DNA from: Hydrolagus colliei
Lineage: Eukaryota
Reading direction: 5' to 3'
Length of the DNA stretch: 64,000 nt
Assembly: GCA_035084275.1 (NCBI GenBank)
Contig: CM068749.1
Span: forward strand, 15,934,001-15,998,000
Every line of letters starts with the position of its first letter. Position 1 is the first letter of the stretch. A program made the translations under genes and the position numbers. The notes below the pieces were generated by a model. That model saw only the letters and a list, made by a program, of their open reading frames with translations, was not told the origin of the DNA and did no database searches. Below, piece by piece: positions 13,122 through 24,653 of the stretch.

Positions 13122-13616
13122 TCCAAGTCAGTAATGGGATCAATGTGAGGCTTGCAAGAGCAAGATTCCTGAGGTTAGGTAATTTTAGTGGGAAGAACGG
13201 CCACCGATGGTTAAAAATCCAAAGTAGTTACAAACCAATTTAGTTTAATAGCATAGTTCATGTCTTGCAGGGGGTTGATGGATTTTTTTTCTCAGTAAGT
13301 AAACATTTAAAATTCACATTGCTGTTGATTTTGTACTGTGACTCTTGGCAGTTTGGGACCTCCTTATCAATCCATAATAACCCCAAGGTAACATGTCGTG
13401 TCTTGGAGTAATTTAGGCTTCAGAGTTCACTAATGTGAAGCATGTCATCGCTCAGACCCACCATCCTCACACTGTCCTGTCCGCCTGTTGCTGGCTGATG
13501 AGAAGTAGATAAGAGTTCAGCTGCCACTCATTCTATTTGTGTCTGCCTGGAATCCAACACCTCTGGCAGCAAATTGCTGAGAGGATACAGAAGCCTGTCT
13601 GTGGAGAAATTGGAAG

Positions 13617-13766
13617 CAAGCAGTAGTTTGATGATAATCCTGTTGATTTCCGCCCTCCCACCCTCTTCAAACTCTGGTTAGCGTTAATCTACACATTATA
13701 AGGTACAGTAGTTGATTTCTAACAGAAAATTAAATGAAGGTGTTGAGTTATGGCCTCTATATTGTG
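13617..13766 (+). repeat. Diverged direct repeat, copy 2
   Basis: See 12977-13121. Confidence 0.9.
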
Positions 13767-15627
13767 GGGGAAGGAGAGTGTCAGCTTTCAAGCATCCTGC
13801 GGTTACATTCTCACGCTGAAGGCTTTTGATTTCTGTACAGAAAGTGCTATCTTGCACAGGGGTGATAACTAACACAACACCGCTCAGTGTGGGGATGCTG
13901 CTGGCATAGTAAAATACCTCGACTACATCTGTCCGTTGCCAAAATGCCACTCTCCCTGCTCTACATCTTCCCCACCCCTTTCTTACACACCATAATGCAA
14001 GTTTCTCAAGACTGCAATAGGAATTGCTACAGAATAAAACTGTAATGAATAAAGAAAGTGCAGTGTGTTCTCAAATCAATCATTACTAAAATGTTATGTG
14101 ATACTGTTGGAGGAAGTCATCTCCTTTGAGTGGAATGAGTAGTAACAGGTCTGAACAGAAAAGGATCCCGTTATACTGTTTATATCTGTTTATTTTCTTT
14201 GTCTTCAATCATGTCCCATAATTTTCTGTTCAGTGTTAGAGAAGGCTGATTGCAAGAAAAATGCACCAAGTCTGAAGACTGACCTAAATCTGAACTATTC
14301 TGACTTGAGCCTATTTGAAATTCTCCTGCAAGTAGGATCTGAAATACAATTGAATGCTTCATAGTAGCTGGTTACTTTTTTTAAAAAATAAAACAGCTAC
14401 ACTGAATTTTTTTTAAGAAAAGGTTTCAACAGTCAAATTGGGGTTGAATCTGTAGCTGGTGCAACAGGAAATAATCGTCTTCTGAAATGTCATCCACTAC
14501 TGTTTGATTTGATATTTGTTACTGTCAAATCTTCCAGGAAGCCAAGATTGAATCAAGCACCCCAAAGACGCCATTTGAAAGCTCTTTGTCACTTGTAATG
14601 GTTTTCATTCACATTTTGTAAATATAATTTCATTTTTATCTGTGGAATTAGCAATCATTTAAGCACAAATGTTGACAGATCTCAAATGTCACGGTGCCCT
14701 ACATTGATTATACTGTATTCTTGTGGTGGGGTGGGGGGTGGGGTGGGAGGGAGATTGATTCTTCTTTTCGGGATGCTTGAAAGTCACGTGAATTAAATGT
14801 CTCAGCATCTGTGAATACGAACTGGATATGTTTGCACTCTATCTCACGCAGCCTGCAGTGCTCACCTATATTGGGTTTAGCGCAAATTTGTTTCAAACCC
14901 TTTTTCTTCAGCCGTTTCGATGGCCAGCACAAAGGTGGAGTGTAACTTGACATTTTCTACAGCCTACAAATAGCAGTCAGACCTCATGTGTGTTCTCTGA
15001 TGAGCTGCTGAACTACCCGCTAATACGTAGGCATAGGGAAAAATAATCCTGGCATTTGATATAGTGCTTCACATTTCAGAATGCCTGTGCAAGCGTCTCT
15101 CAGAGAAATGTGATTTCTTCCACTCTTGTTTCTGTGTCCCACTCCGCTTCCCGTCTTCTAACACTGGCTGGCTATTGTGAAGAATGCTATCTCATTCATT
15201 GTTAATGAACTTATCTATTGCAAATTTAACTCTCCGCTACAACCAAATCACTGTTGAAAGCAAGCCCAGTGATGCAATAAATTTGGTCATCTACATGCCA
15301 GGCATTGCTTGTACAGGTTTTCTATTAGACTATAATTGGAACAGCACTAGGCTGAACCTGGCTTGCTGAATCATGCTATGAAAAATGTTTAACTTGCCAA
15401 ATATTACCTTGCCAAGTTGTTCTGTGCTCTCACCAAAAGCTAGGATCAATGCCATGATATATCCATCCTTTCACAGTTACCCTCATGTCATTTCTCCTAA
15501 AATTAAAAAATCTATTCCAGTCATCCCTGCAGATAACCTGTGGAGACTTCTAGCTGTTCAGCTAGGCAAATGCAGGCTTCGATTATTTCCTTTGAATCTC
15601 TGCCAACACCCTCAGTTTCGGTGCAAA

Positions 15628-15797
15628 CTCTGGATTGTCCAGCACCTTGGGACATCCTCGCAATGTGAAAGGCACCAAAATAAATTTACATTTGGATTGT
15701 ATTTTATGATCATTGTAGAGTCCTGCTGCTTAGCGCCTTGGGACGTCCTCCCGACGTGAAAGGCGCTATATAAATGTAAATTGTTGTTGTTGTTGGT
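15628..15797 (+). mobile_element. Two tandem L2-type 3' tails
   Basis: ccagcaccttgggacatcctcgcaatgtgaaaggc and gcgccttgggacgtcctcccgacgtgaaaggcgctatataaatgtaaa(ttg)n match the tails at 30500-30575 and 54757-54820. Confidence 0.85.
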
Positions 15798-15974
15798 TAG
15801 AGCACTCTCCTTGCTTCGATTCTCGGGCAGAGCAAAATGTTGGGTAGGTTTCTTTACTCCACAAGTCTATGTTTGCTGTGTTGTAAGTACGAACCTGGCT
15901 ATCAGTCAATTGACAGATCGCTTTTCTGGATAATAATCCCTTTTTTAAAAAAGGTAATAATTTGGTCACTCAAT

Positions 15975-16137
15975 CCATCACTCTTTTGTGGGACACTGCT
16001 GTGTGCAATTGGCTGCTGTATTTCTGCACAAAATATACAGTCAATTCACTTTACAGTATATTCTGTGAAGCACTTTGAGATGTTCTGAAGACATGATCAG
16101 GCGCTATATCAAATGACAGGATTATTATTATTATTTA
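15975..16137 (+). mobile_element. SINE 3' half with (TTA)n tail
   Basis: gctgtgtgcaattggctgc...aaaatatacagtcaattcactttacagtatattctgtgaagcactttgaga...ggattattattatt; homologous copies at 23490, 32205, 35270, 45585 and 51495. Confidence 0.85.
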
Positions 16138-16202
16138 ATACTGTACATTATAATAATAATATTGACACAAACTGAATCTCTCTGTACCACTTCTTCCATC
16201 AG

Positions 16203-16259
16203 GTGTGTCCAGTGAGCAATTCAGTGAAAGTAAATTGTTAAAGTAAACAGTAGTGCAAG
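16203..16259 (+). other. Candidate short exon, 57 nt
   Basis: Acceptor tctctctgtaccacttcttccatcag, donor AAG|gtaaat; splice-signal evidence only. Confidence 0.3.
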
Positions 16260-18597
16260 GTAAATACTCTCCTAGAATCTAAATATGGCAGGAATGTGCA
16301 TATAATACTGTGGCTTCTACAAGAAATGCTCAGATTAATTGAATTCAGATTTCTGAAATATTAAATGTCACATTTAATGTACATTTTTGCCAGATTCATT
16401 CCAAATCCAATTTTGTACTTTGGTCTTTAATATTGTCTGTAAAATATAGAACATGCCATGATGTGCCTAAAATGGTTACTGGGAAATAATTGCCATTTCT
16501 AAACTATTAATGATGAATGTTCAGAAGTAGCTTCTGGTGATTTGGAGTGCAGACCTCAAAGGAGAATGGCCTTTAAGAATAAAGGTAATTTATTTGAGAG
16601 ATGTTGGGCTGGTGACCCCCTGCAGATCACATTCAAAGCGGAATCTAACAGCAGCCATTAGTTGCGAGCTTCTGTCAGACAACACGCACTCATTGAACTC
16701 TAGCTGTGAAATGTTTTCCACCAATTTTCTCACTTCTGCAACATACCAAATGTGGCTTCAGAAAGGTTTAGATTCAGTGATTGAGCAAGACAGCTGATGT
16801 ACAGCTTTGAGGTAACAAGATGTGTGGAGGCAAACAAATTGTGGTTTGGGAGGTAGTGAGTTTTACAGGGAGGAAGCAGTTTATGGTTTTAAGGTCAGCG
16901 CTGCTGGCAGTGTGCACAGCCAAACTGCTTCTGATTACTTTCTTTCTCTTTTCTTGTACTTCTTTGAATTGGAACTGTGGCTTACTTTTGAGAAGGGGAA
17001 GCATTCGGCTATCAATTCAGTGTTTGTGGCCCTTACACCCAGAGAATTGTTGAAACCTTTCCAGGCACCAGTGTGTGCGTGTGTGTGGAGGAAGAATAGG
17101 GAAACAGTGTGCAATTATCATTTCACCTGGACCATCTTTTGTGTGTAAGCAGCACAAATAATTGACATAAATGTCCTTCAAAATAAATGTTATTGTCCAA
17201 AAACATATGTTGAGTATGCAGGAAGACCTTGATTTTGCAGGAACTGACATGATTTAAAAAAAACTTTTGTGAATGTGCGGTATTAGTTGTGTTGGCCTGC
17301 CTCACAGTATCATTCCCTCTCTAATTCACACTCGCTCAATCGCATGTGCATACATATCACAGCTTTCCCCGGAGCTTTCAATCTCAGCTTTTTTCTTATT
17401 CTCTTTCTTTGTCTTCTCTTATTCTGTCTCACAGCATGGACAACTCTTCTCCCTTACGCGCAGTGTAGCTCCAGCTCTCTCCTTCTTGGCCTGAGCTTTC
17501 ACCACATTCTGGCCTCTATTTCCCTTCCTTTCTCTCGTTCCCTTGAGCAGCAAGTTTACAGCAGAATTCCAATTTGTGACCAAATGTAGGTGGAATTACG
17601 TTTATTTATTCCAATCAGTTTGGAATAAAAAAAATCCTCTGTTTTGGCCTCTGGGTTGGCCTGAGCTGTGAACCTGATATAAACATGATGCAAATCATCC
17701 ACTTTTTTTTGCTGGAATAGAAAATTCCTGCATCTGTTGAGCTGGTAATTTAATCTCACTTGGTGAATTGACTTTTTTCTAGGCAGCTCTCAGTATAAAC
17801 CCTGAAAGATTGAGTTGAGGCAGGGTCATAGTGATTCCGACTTAATCTGATCTCTGTAGTGGATATAGCATAAACACAGCAATTCTCATGAAATCCCTCT
17901 GTCTCTCAACCTCCTTACCACTTCTCTCTCTCTCTCTGCCTCCCCCTATCAAACATACATTTCTACCCCCTGTCCCATTTCACTCCCACATCTTAATGTT
18001 CTTCTTCTGAGCCATCATTGCAGCCGAGTTCCTGATTTACTTTGCTTTGCCCATGGGCTCAGTGAGAAAAAACATAAAAATAGAAGTGAATACAGACAAA
18101 TAGTATCCTCCATGCAACTTCCTCTATCAGGGCAGTCACAGACAGACCTTCCCAAACAATTGGTCCATGCCAAATTGTCATGCCTGGCACCAGGCTGTGG
18201 CAGGCAAATTTCAACATTTCTTTAGCAGCAGGATTTTTAATTTTTCCAGCAATTAGCAGAGGAATTTAATTTGGGCCACTTCTTTTATAAATATGTACAG
18301 CTTAGATGCTTTGTACTTGAGAGTTTAATAAAATGAATTCAACCTAAGCCCTCTCCCCCATTGATACACCCAAATTAACATGGTCCGAATTTCTCACAGC
18401 AGGATGTTCTTCTATATGTATTAAAACACCACCAAATTGATCCAGGCTACAGTAACAACTCATTAGTTTGGAATACAGGTGCATGGAATATGATTAGTGT
18501 GAAGCTTGTGTGGAACCAAAGCTTTACATCTATGAAAGGTTAACATGAGTACAGCAAATAGGAAATCAGTCTGATTGCCTTCATACAATCCATTTAA

Positions 18598-19056
18598 ATG
18601 ATTCTTGTATTTGATACATCTTTCACTCAGGATACTGTCTCAAAGTGCTTCACATAATTTACAACCACAAACAACTACATTTGTATCGCACCTTTCATGT
18701 CAGGAGAACATCTCAATGCGCTGGATAGTCAGGGATCCAGACACACTGTAACGACCCACAAACAGCCAAGAAGTGAATGACCAATAGGGTTAAGGGATCT
18801 TTAATTTCCACCTGAAAAGGCCTACAGGACCTTAGTTTTAGTGTCTCATCTGAAAGATGATTTCTCCACAATGAAGCATCCCCAGCATTGCATTGGAGTG
18901 TTATCTTTGACTGTTTGAGTTTAAAGTGCCAAAATGCGGTTTGAACACTTTGGGATGGCCTCCTGACATGAAAAGCACTCTATAAATGTAAAGTTGTACC
19001 GCATTGAATCCCAAACCTTCTGACTCGAGAATGCTAGCAACTGAGCCAGGCTGACA
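18598..19056 (-). mobile_element. Deu-domain SINE (SacSINE1/AmnSINE1/LmeSINE1 superfamily) interrupted by two L2 tails
   Basis: gggatctttaatttccacctgaaaagg...gtctcatctgaaagatg...cattgcattggagtgt and head ccttctgactc...ctgagccaggctgaca match the reverse complement of the recalled DeuSINE consensus; L2 tails at about 18662-18745 (-) and 18945-18996 (+). Confidence 0.75.
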
Positions 19057-19509
19057 TCTATTTTACTTATTTCTTGTAATAATTTTCAATACTTCCATGA
19101 AATTGAGGCATTTTAAACTTAAAGTGTTTGAACAAATCATTCATCCTCCCAGTATGGCACTCGTTGACTGATTTGGAAACTCAATCTACATCCAATTAGA
19201 GATATGAATCTGAACTGATTTGGATGTGCATTGGCCACTATTCACAGATATGCTACGAATTATGTCACTGGCCTGATATTTGTTCTCTTTAATTTATTCC
19301 ACTGCACAAAAATCATTTGATTTATTTAGGGGTCAATTTATTTTTACAAAAATAAACTCAATTTAACACAAATACAATAAGATCAAAACTAAAAAATATG
19401 AATATATACAAAAAGACATACTGTAGTCAGTCCATTTAAAAAGAACACAATAATGATCCCTATGAGAATTTGGAAGTAGACAAAAGTAAAATATAATTGT
19501 GACTATAGC

Positions 19510-20035
19510 AAATGGACCAAACTGACCACATCAGCCCAAGTTCTCTCACTGAGCTGTGGTCAGTTGGCAGATCTCAGCTCAAGCTAGGTGAGGATGTGAT
19601 AGTTCACTGAAATACAATTTAACAGCTAAGGTTTGGCTTGTCAGTTTGTCAACCATGTCAGTTTGGCTCAGTTATTTGTTTTCTGGTCAGAAGGCTGTAT
19701 TTTCAAGTCTCCTGTTAGAACTTGCATTCAGATATTCCAGTGTGCTTCGGGTTGAGCAATGTACCATCAGAGTCCTGTGTTATTAGAGGTTGGGGAGAGG
19801 GTGCAATTGTCAGCTCAGTTTTCTGATCTTGGATTATTATCCAGAAACCTGTTTTGGACATTATGTTTATTTGTATGTGTAAATATCTGGTAATGATTGG
19901 ATCAGGCTCAGTTGTGACTTGCTCCGCAGACAAATAATCTGCCAACACTCATTGTCAAGGCTCCCAATATGAGCCCGTGGAACTATGCTCCCAATGAATG
20001 TTTATGTCTGTAGGAGGGGGCAGAAGGAGGGGTGG
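19510..20035 (+). mobile_element. Ancient tRNA-SINE (AmnSINE2-like) split by a DeuSINE head
   Basis: ctgtggtcagttggcagatctcagc ... ggatcaggctcagttgtga ... tctgccaacactcattgtcaaggctc ... cccgtggaact; motifs shared with other copies in the window. Confidence 0.55.
19656..19777 (+). mobile_element. DeuSINE tRNA-derived head fragment
   Basis: tgtcagtttggctcagtt...gtcagaaggctgtattttcaagtc is the reverse-complement counterpart of the head at 19010-19056; decayed A/B boxes. Confidence 0.6.
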
Positions 20036-22694
20036 GAAACTATCCCAGCCAACAACTTAAAAATGACCTTTTACTCAAAAATATGTTCCACTATTTCGGA
20101 GAATGATGCTCTTATGGCACCTTGCTATTTGAATATATATAACAGACTTCAAATTTTCCTTTCAATAGTTTTGCTTACATTGAGTTCCATTCTAATAATG
20201 GATGACTTGTTTGCTGGGATATGTGAAGCTTAGATCAAGACTATTCTTGGGTCAAGATTTCAAAAGACTACTTTATTAAAAAGATGACCAATTAGTCGCA
20301 TTTGTAGCTAAACCCATTTAATTGCTCATGCTTTACAATGGAATCTATGTTAACACTCCATTATAGAAAATGGTCTTTTGTTAAGACTGTGAAAGATAAC
20401 TTGTCATGCCCTACACATATATTCAGTGTACTAAGGAATTCAAACACAAGTAATTGGGAAAGTGTTTCAGTTCTGAATTATACATTTAAGCATTTTGCCT
20501 GGCTCTGGATTTCTATCTGCTGAAGGGAATGAAATGTGATTTAATGTAGTTGGAATTCAGGGCTTTGATTAGAATTAGCTTTGAATCAGGTACTTTTTAT
20601 CTGGAATCAATTATAGGATGGATGGATTTTTGTTATTTTGTAGCTTTCTTCTTCATTATTGAAGATTAGCTTTTGCCATCACTATGAGATGCAAACAGAT
20701 GCTTTTCTGGGAAAATGTTAAATGCGAAGGTAGTCCTGTGATCCTTTAAATAAGACATTTCCATTTCAGTTTGCAGTCTGTACGGATTTTCTGTTATAGA
20801 TCATTAAGCAGATTAATATTTCTCGACTTCTTTATACAGTACTGACTGGACAAATCAATGAACCATGTAGGTTTTATTCTTTACCAATATCTTCTAAATG
20901 AAATAAAAATTGTAATGTTGCTCTACTTTTTTCGTTCACACTGGTATCCTGTCGAGCAAGAGATTTATGTTGCTGTCTCTTTAGGAGCACTGGATTGTCT
21001 CCTCAGTAACAGTGAAGAAAGGTTTGCCCAACTTTAATAAGTGAGAGTGGGTGCTTGTTAGAAGAGGGCATGCTGAGAATTGTTTGTCAATCCAACTATA
21101 ACTTGTCAATTTAACAATGGGGTACAGATAGTCTGTTTTGGACTTGTTATCTAACTCAGTAAGTTCCTTCCTAAAATCAGACAGGTTTGGTTTGAAAATA
21201 AATACAGTATGCCTAAACATTCTGTCCCACTGATTAGCTTTCTGGAAATAAAACCTAATATCTCAGTAACTCCAAAAGCTTATTTGGTTTACACTAAATC
21301 TAGTATAAATGTCCTGAAATTATAGATAATCTAAGGGTTAGCATTTTGTTCATACTTTTTATGCAGATAATTCATCTTGCCTGGATTCAACAAAGTTCAT
21401 TGTTGGCTGTGATGTTCTACCGCAAATCCAATTTCATCAATAGAAAAAGCATAAATTGAAGCACGGTTGGAGCTTCAGAAACAGCATGTAATGGGGTGAG
21501 AGGATGGGAGGAATGAGCCTAACAACATGACCCTATAGCGAGCATCACTTACAAACACAGGCTTTTACTGAGGGAACACAGGATCCCTGAGGGGGATGGG
21601 GAATCGGTGATTTATTTCTGTCATCCAATCCAATCTTAACAGGTGTCCGATAAACACAGTACGTAGACTTCTGATTCTGAAGGGAAGGGAGAGGAGTCCA
21701 CTGGTGAGGGGACTGAGCCAGTTGACAGAGCCAAGGTTGCCCATAAATTATTGTAAGGATTTGTCAATGTGTGCCTGTTCAGTGTCCTCCCATGTGCTGA
21801 CAATGTCATTCAGATTATTAATAAAAGCAGGAAAAAAAATTGAATAGAAAAAAATTCAATTAAAAACAATCACCAAAATCATGCAGTGAAAATCAGAAAA
21901 AATAAAAATCAATTTCTAATCTTTCAGACAAAATGGAAAAAACATACAATTCTATAAAGTTATACAGATGTTCGTTTTCTGCCGATAAATTTACTTTTAA
22001 AATAAAGTCTGGTCCCATTTATGCTTTTCCTTGAATTAATTCCCTGACCTACTCCAGTAATATTTCCTAAGGCAGAGGATGTTTTGTTTTAATCAAAGTT
22101 GCTCACATCTCGAGCTCCAGTACACAGATGTCATTGTAGTCTTCAGACGGGTGAAATCAATTGAGCTTTGTCCATTTCAGGATGGTTATTACAATGATTT
22201 AAAAAGCTTTGCAACATATTCTAATAATGATAAGCATTTCTCACTCTGCAGTTTGGGTCCTGTCTCCTTGATTGAAAAGATTGTATGAGAGGTATATTGG
22301 GTAGTGTATTATTTTCAGTAGGTCTGACCTAATGTCAATATTGTTATTGTTAAAGAGCTGTGCATTTTAGCTCTGTGCTGCAAACTCTTCATCTGCAATC
22401 AGTCAGAATAATGTGTTAATCTGCAGGGCACAGCCTGATTAATCAATTTATACAAGTAGTCAACAAGGTGATAATAATATTGCATCTCTGTCCATTTAAT
22501 ATATTCTGTAACTGAACAAAAGTGCAGTTATTTGTCAGAGGGCAAAGATATTAATGGGCCCTTCTTCATGACCTTTAATAACTGAAATTGATCCCTGGGC
22601 CTTGCATGTTGCACTAGGTTTTTTTAAAAGAGAAGGATAAACATTTGTAAGATATGGTCAGCTTTGTGCAATACAACTCACCAATTCTGGTCAG

Positions 22695-22840
22695 CTCCAC
22701 TCTCTCTCCCCGATCGACTTCAAGATACTCACACTCATGTTCAAATCCATTCACTCCCTGGCACCTCCCTAACTCTCCGACTTTCTCACTCCCCAATCCA
22801 CTACCCGGTGCCTCCGCTCGACTCACTCTTCTTTCAGAGG
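22695..22840 (+). mobile_element. L2 LINE ORF2 fragment
   Basis: Translates IDFKILTLMFKSIHSLAPP*LSDFLTP, the typical L2 post-RT motif, with an in-frame stop. Confidence 0.8.
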
Positions 22841-23489
22841 CCAATAGTGTTAATACAGTATTTTTTTTCACTCGCTTGTTCCTTGCGGTATATTCGTGAT
22901 GACTATGGTATATTTGTCACTGTGTCCCAGAATGGATTTTAATTTAACATGGTTTGGAGCTTTTTGGCATGCTGTTCATTGAACAGAGACTGTCAAGATC
23001 ATTGTCTCGAGTGGTGTTATTAATACAGTAGATTGCTGTGTTGCATTGGTACATCTAGCATACGAGTTGTTTGATGAGAGACTAGTCCTGCAGTTCAGAT
23101 TGTAGCACGTAACTGGGAAAATGACATATGCTGTCGAGAAACCTGTGTGTCCTATTATCCACCCCCCAATCTGTGAAATCCGCTCTTTGAAAGATGCACA
23201 ATAAAAGATCAAATGGGTTAACAGCCAACTTAGCATTTTGGACCAGAATGCCAGTTCACAAACGAGCAGTAAGTAAGAACCAAACGCTATTGCAGCCAGC
23301 AAATGATTACATTTCAGTCATCTATCCAAAGCATCCCCAGCTGGTGGTAAAGTGCTCCGTATAATTAGAGTAAGTACAATTTTTCAAGTAGTTCACACAT
23401 TTTCACCTTTGTTTCCCTTAAGTTTAAAATCAATCTCCTTACGCTTAGGAAGAGATTCCTTAAATTTATGCATTTTTGGTCAAGTCATT

Positions 23490-23622
23490 TTTGATCAATT
23501 GGCTGCCGCCTTTTACCCACAAATGTACAGTCGCTTCACTTTAGGGTATATTGTGTGAAGTGCTTTGAGAAACCTAAAAGACATGAAAAGCGCTATATGA
23601 AACGCAACGATTATTATTATTA
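23490..23622 (+). mobile_element. SINE 3' half with (TTA)n tail
   Basis: caattggctgccgcc...gtgaagtgctttgaga...cgattattattatt; homologous to 15975-16137. Confidence 0.8.
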
Positions 23623-24109
23623 AGTCTTCACTTGTAAGTAGGTTATATTGATAAGGGTTGAGCTGCTTACATGAAGAGATATTCCATTTCACAAGACAAG
23701 GTGATGATGGGACAGACATCGGGGAGTAGGGGGAAGAGAGTGTCTAATTTGCTAGTTATGCAAACATTTGCCCTCCTTAAGGCCCACCTGTTTGGCTGTG
23801 CTTTTCAGTCATCTTTCAACCCACCCTCTTCGGCTTCCATCCCCCAACTGATGCTGTGAAGTTCTTTGAGGTGCTCTCAATGTGAAGAGTGCTATCTATA
23901 CAGTATATGTATGTTGTACTGGAAACGCAGTTGTACAGAAGGATTACATATGCCCTTAGTTATGGAATTAAAGACCAATGATCATGATTACAGAATGTAA
24001 ATTATTGACCAGAAGGAGATCAAGCCTGAAATGAAGCAGACTGACTTTCAAGGCTACTTTTACATGGAATTATACAGAGCATTACACCATTGCAACCTAC
24101 CGTCCCCTA

Positions 24110-24653
24110 ATGTTCTGTCAGCTTGTCAGTCAGACACCAAGAGCTGGATGAGTGTAAATTTCTTGCAGTTAAACGTCAACAAGACGGAAGCCATTCTCTT
24201 TGGCTCCTGATCGACGTCTTCTATCCCATTGTTCCAACCTCCTAAACCTACCCGACCTTAAATCTCTCCGAACCCATGCAACTCAGGGCATCAGGTTCGA
24301 TCCCCAATTATCCTTCCTTCCCCACATCTGGCCTCTCACCAGCAACCACTTTCTTCTGTCTCTGCTGCATTGCCCATCTCTGCCAATACCTTGTCCCCCA
24401 AATCTTCCGCTCCACCATCAGCGGCCGTGCTTTCAGCCACCACGCCCCGAAACTTTGCAACTCCCTTCCTCAACCCCTTTGACTCAACCCCTCCTTTCCC
24501 ATCTTCAGGTCACGCCTGAAGACCTTTCTCTTCGACTATGCTTGCAGTCACCTTTCTCCAGCCCATGGCTCGGCCTCGGGCTCCGCATTATGAAGCACTC
24601 TGATATGCCGCCCAGCGGGGTGGGTACTATATAAGCACAAGTTGTTGTTATTG
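24110..24653 (+). mobile_element. Decayed L2 LINE: RT C-terminus to 3' tail, internally deleted
   Basis: Motifs SWMSVNFLQLNVNKTEAILFG, GIRFDPQLSFLPHI and SGRAFSHHAPKLCNSLP, spread over frames with a stop and frameshifts, then tail tatataagcacaagttgttgtt. Confidence 0.9.

Noticed and set aside
16849-16870. let-7-like sequence GAGGTAGTGAGTTTTACAG
   Set aside because: No complementary 3' arm downstream, so no pre-miRNA hairpin
19656-19720. tRNA gene
   Set aside because: Decayed A/B boxes continue into SINE body sequence and no cloverleaf forms
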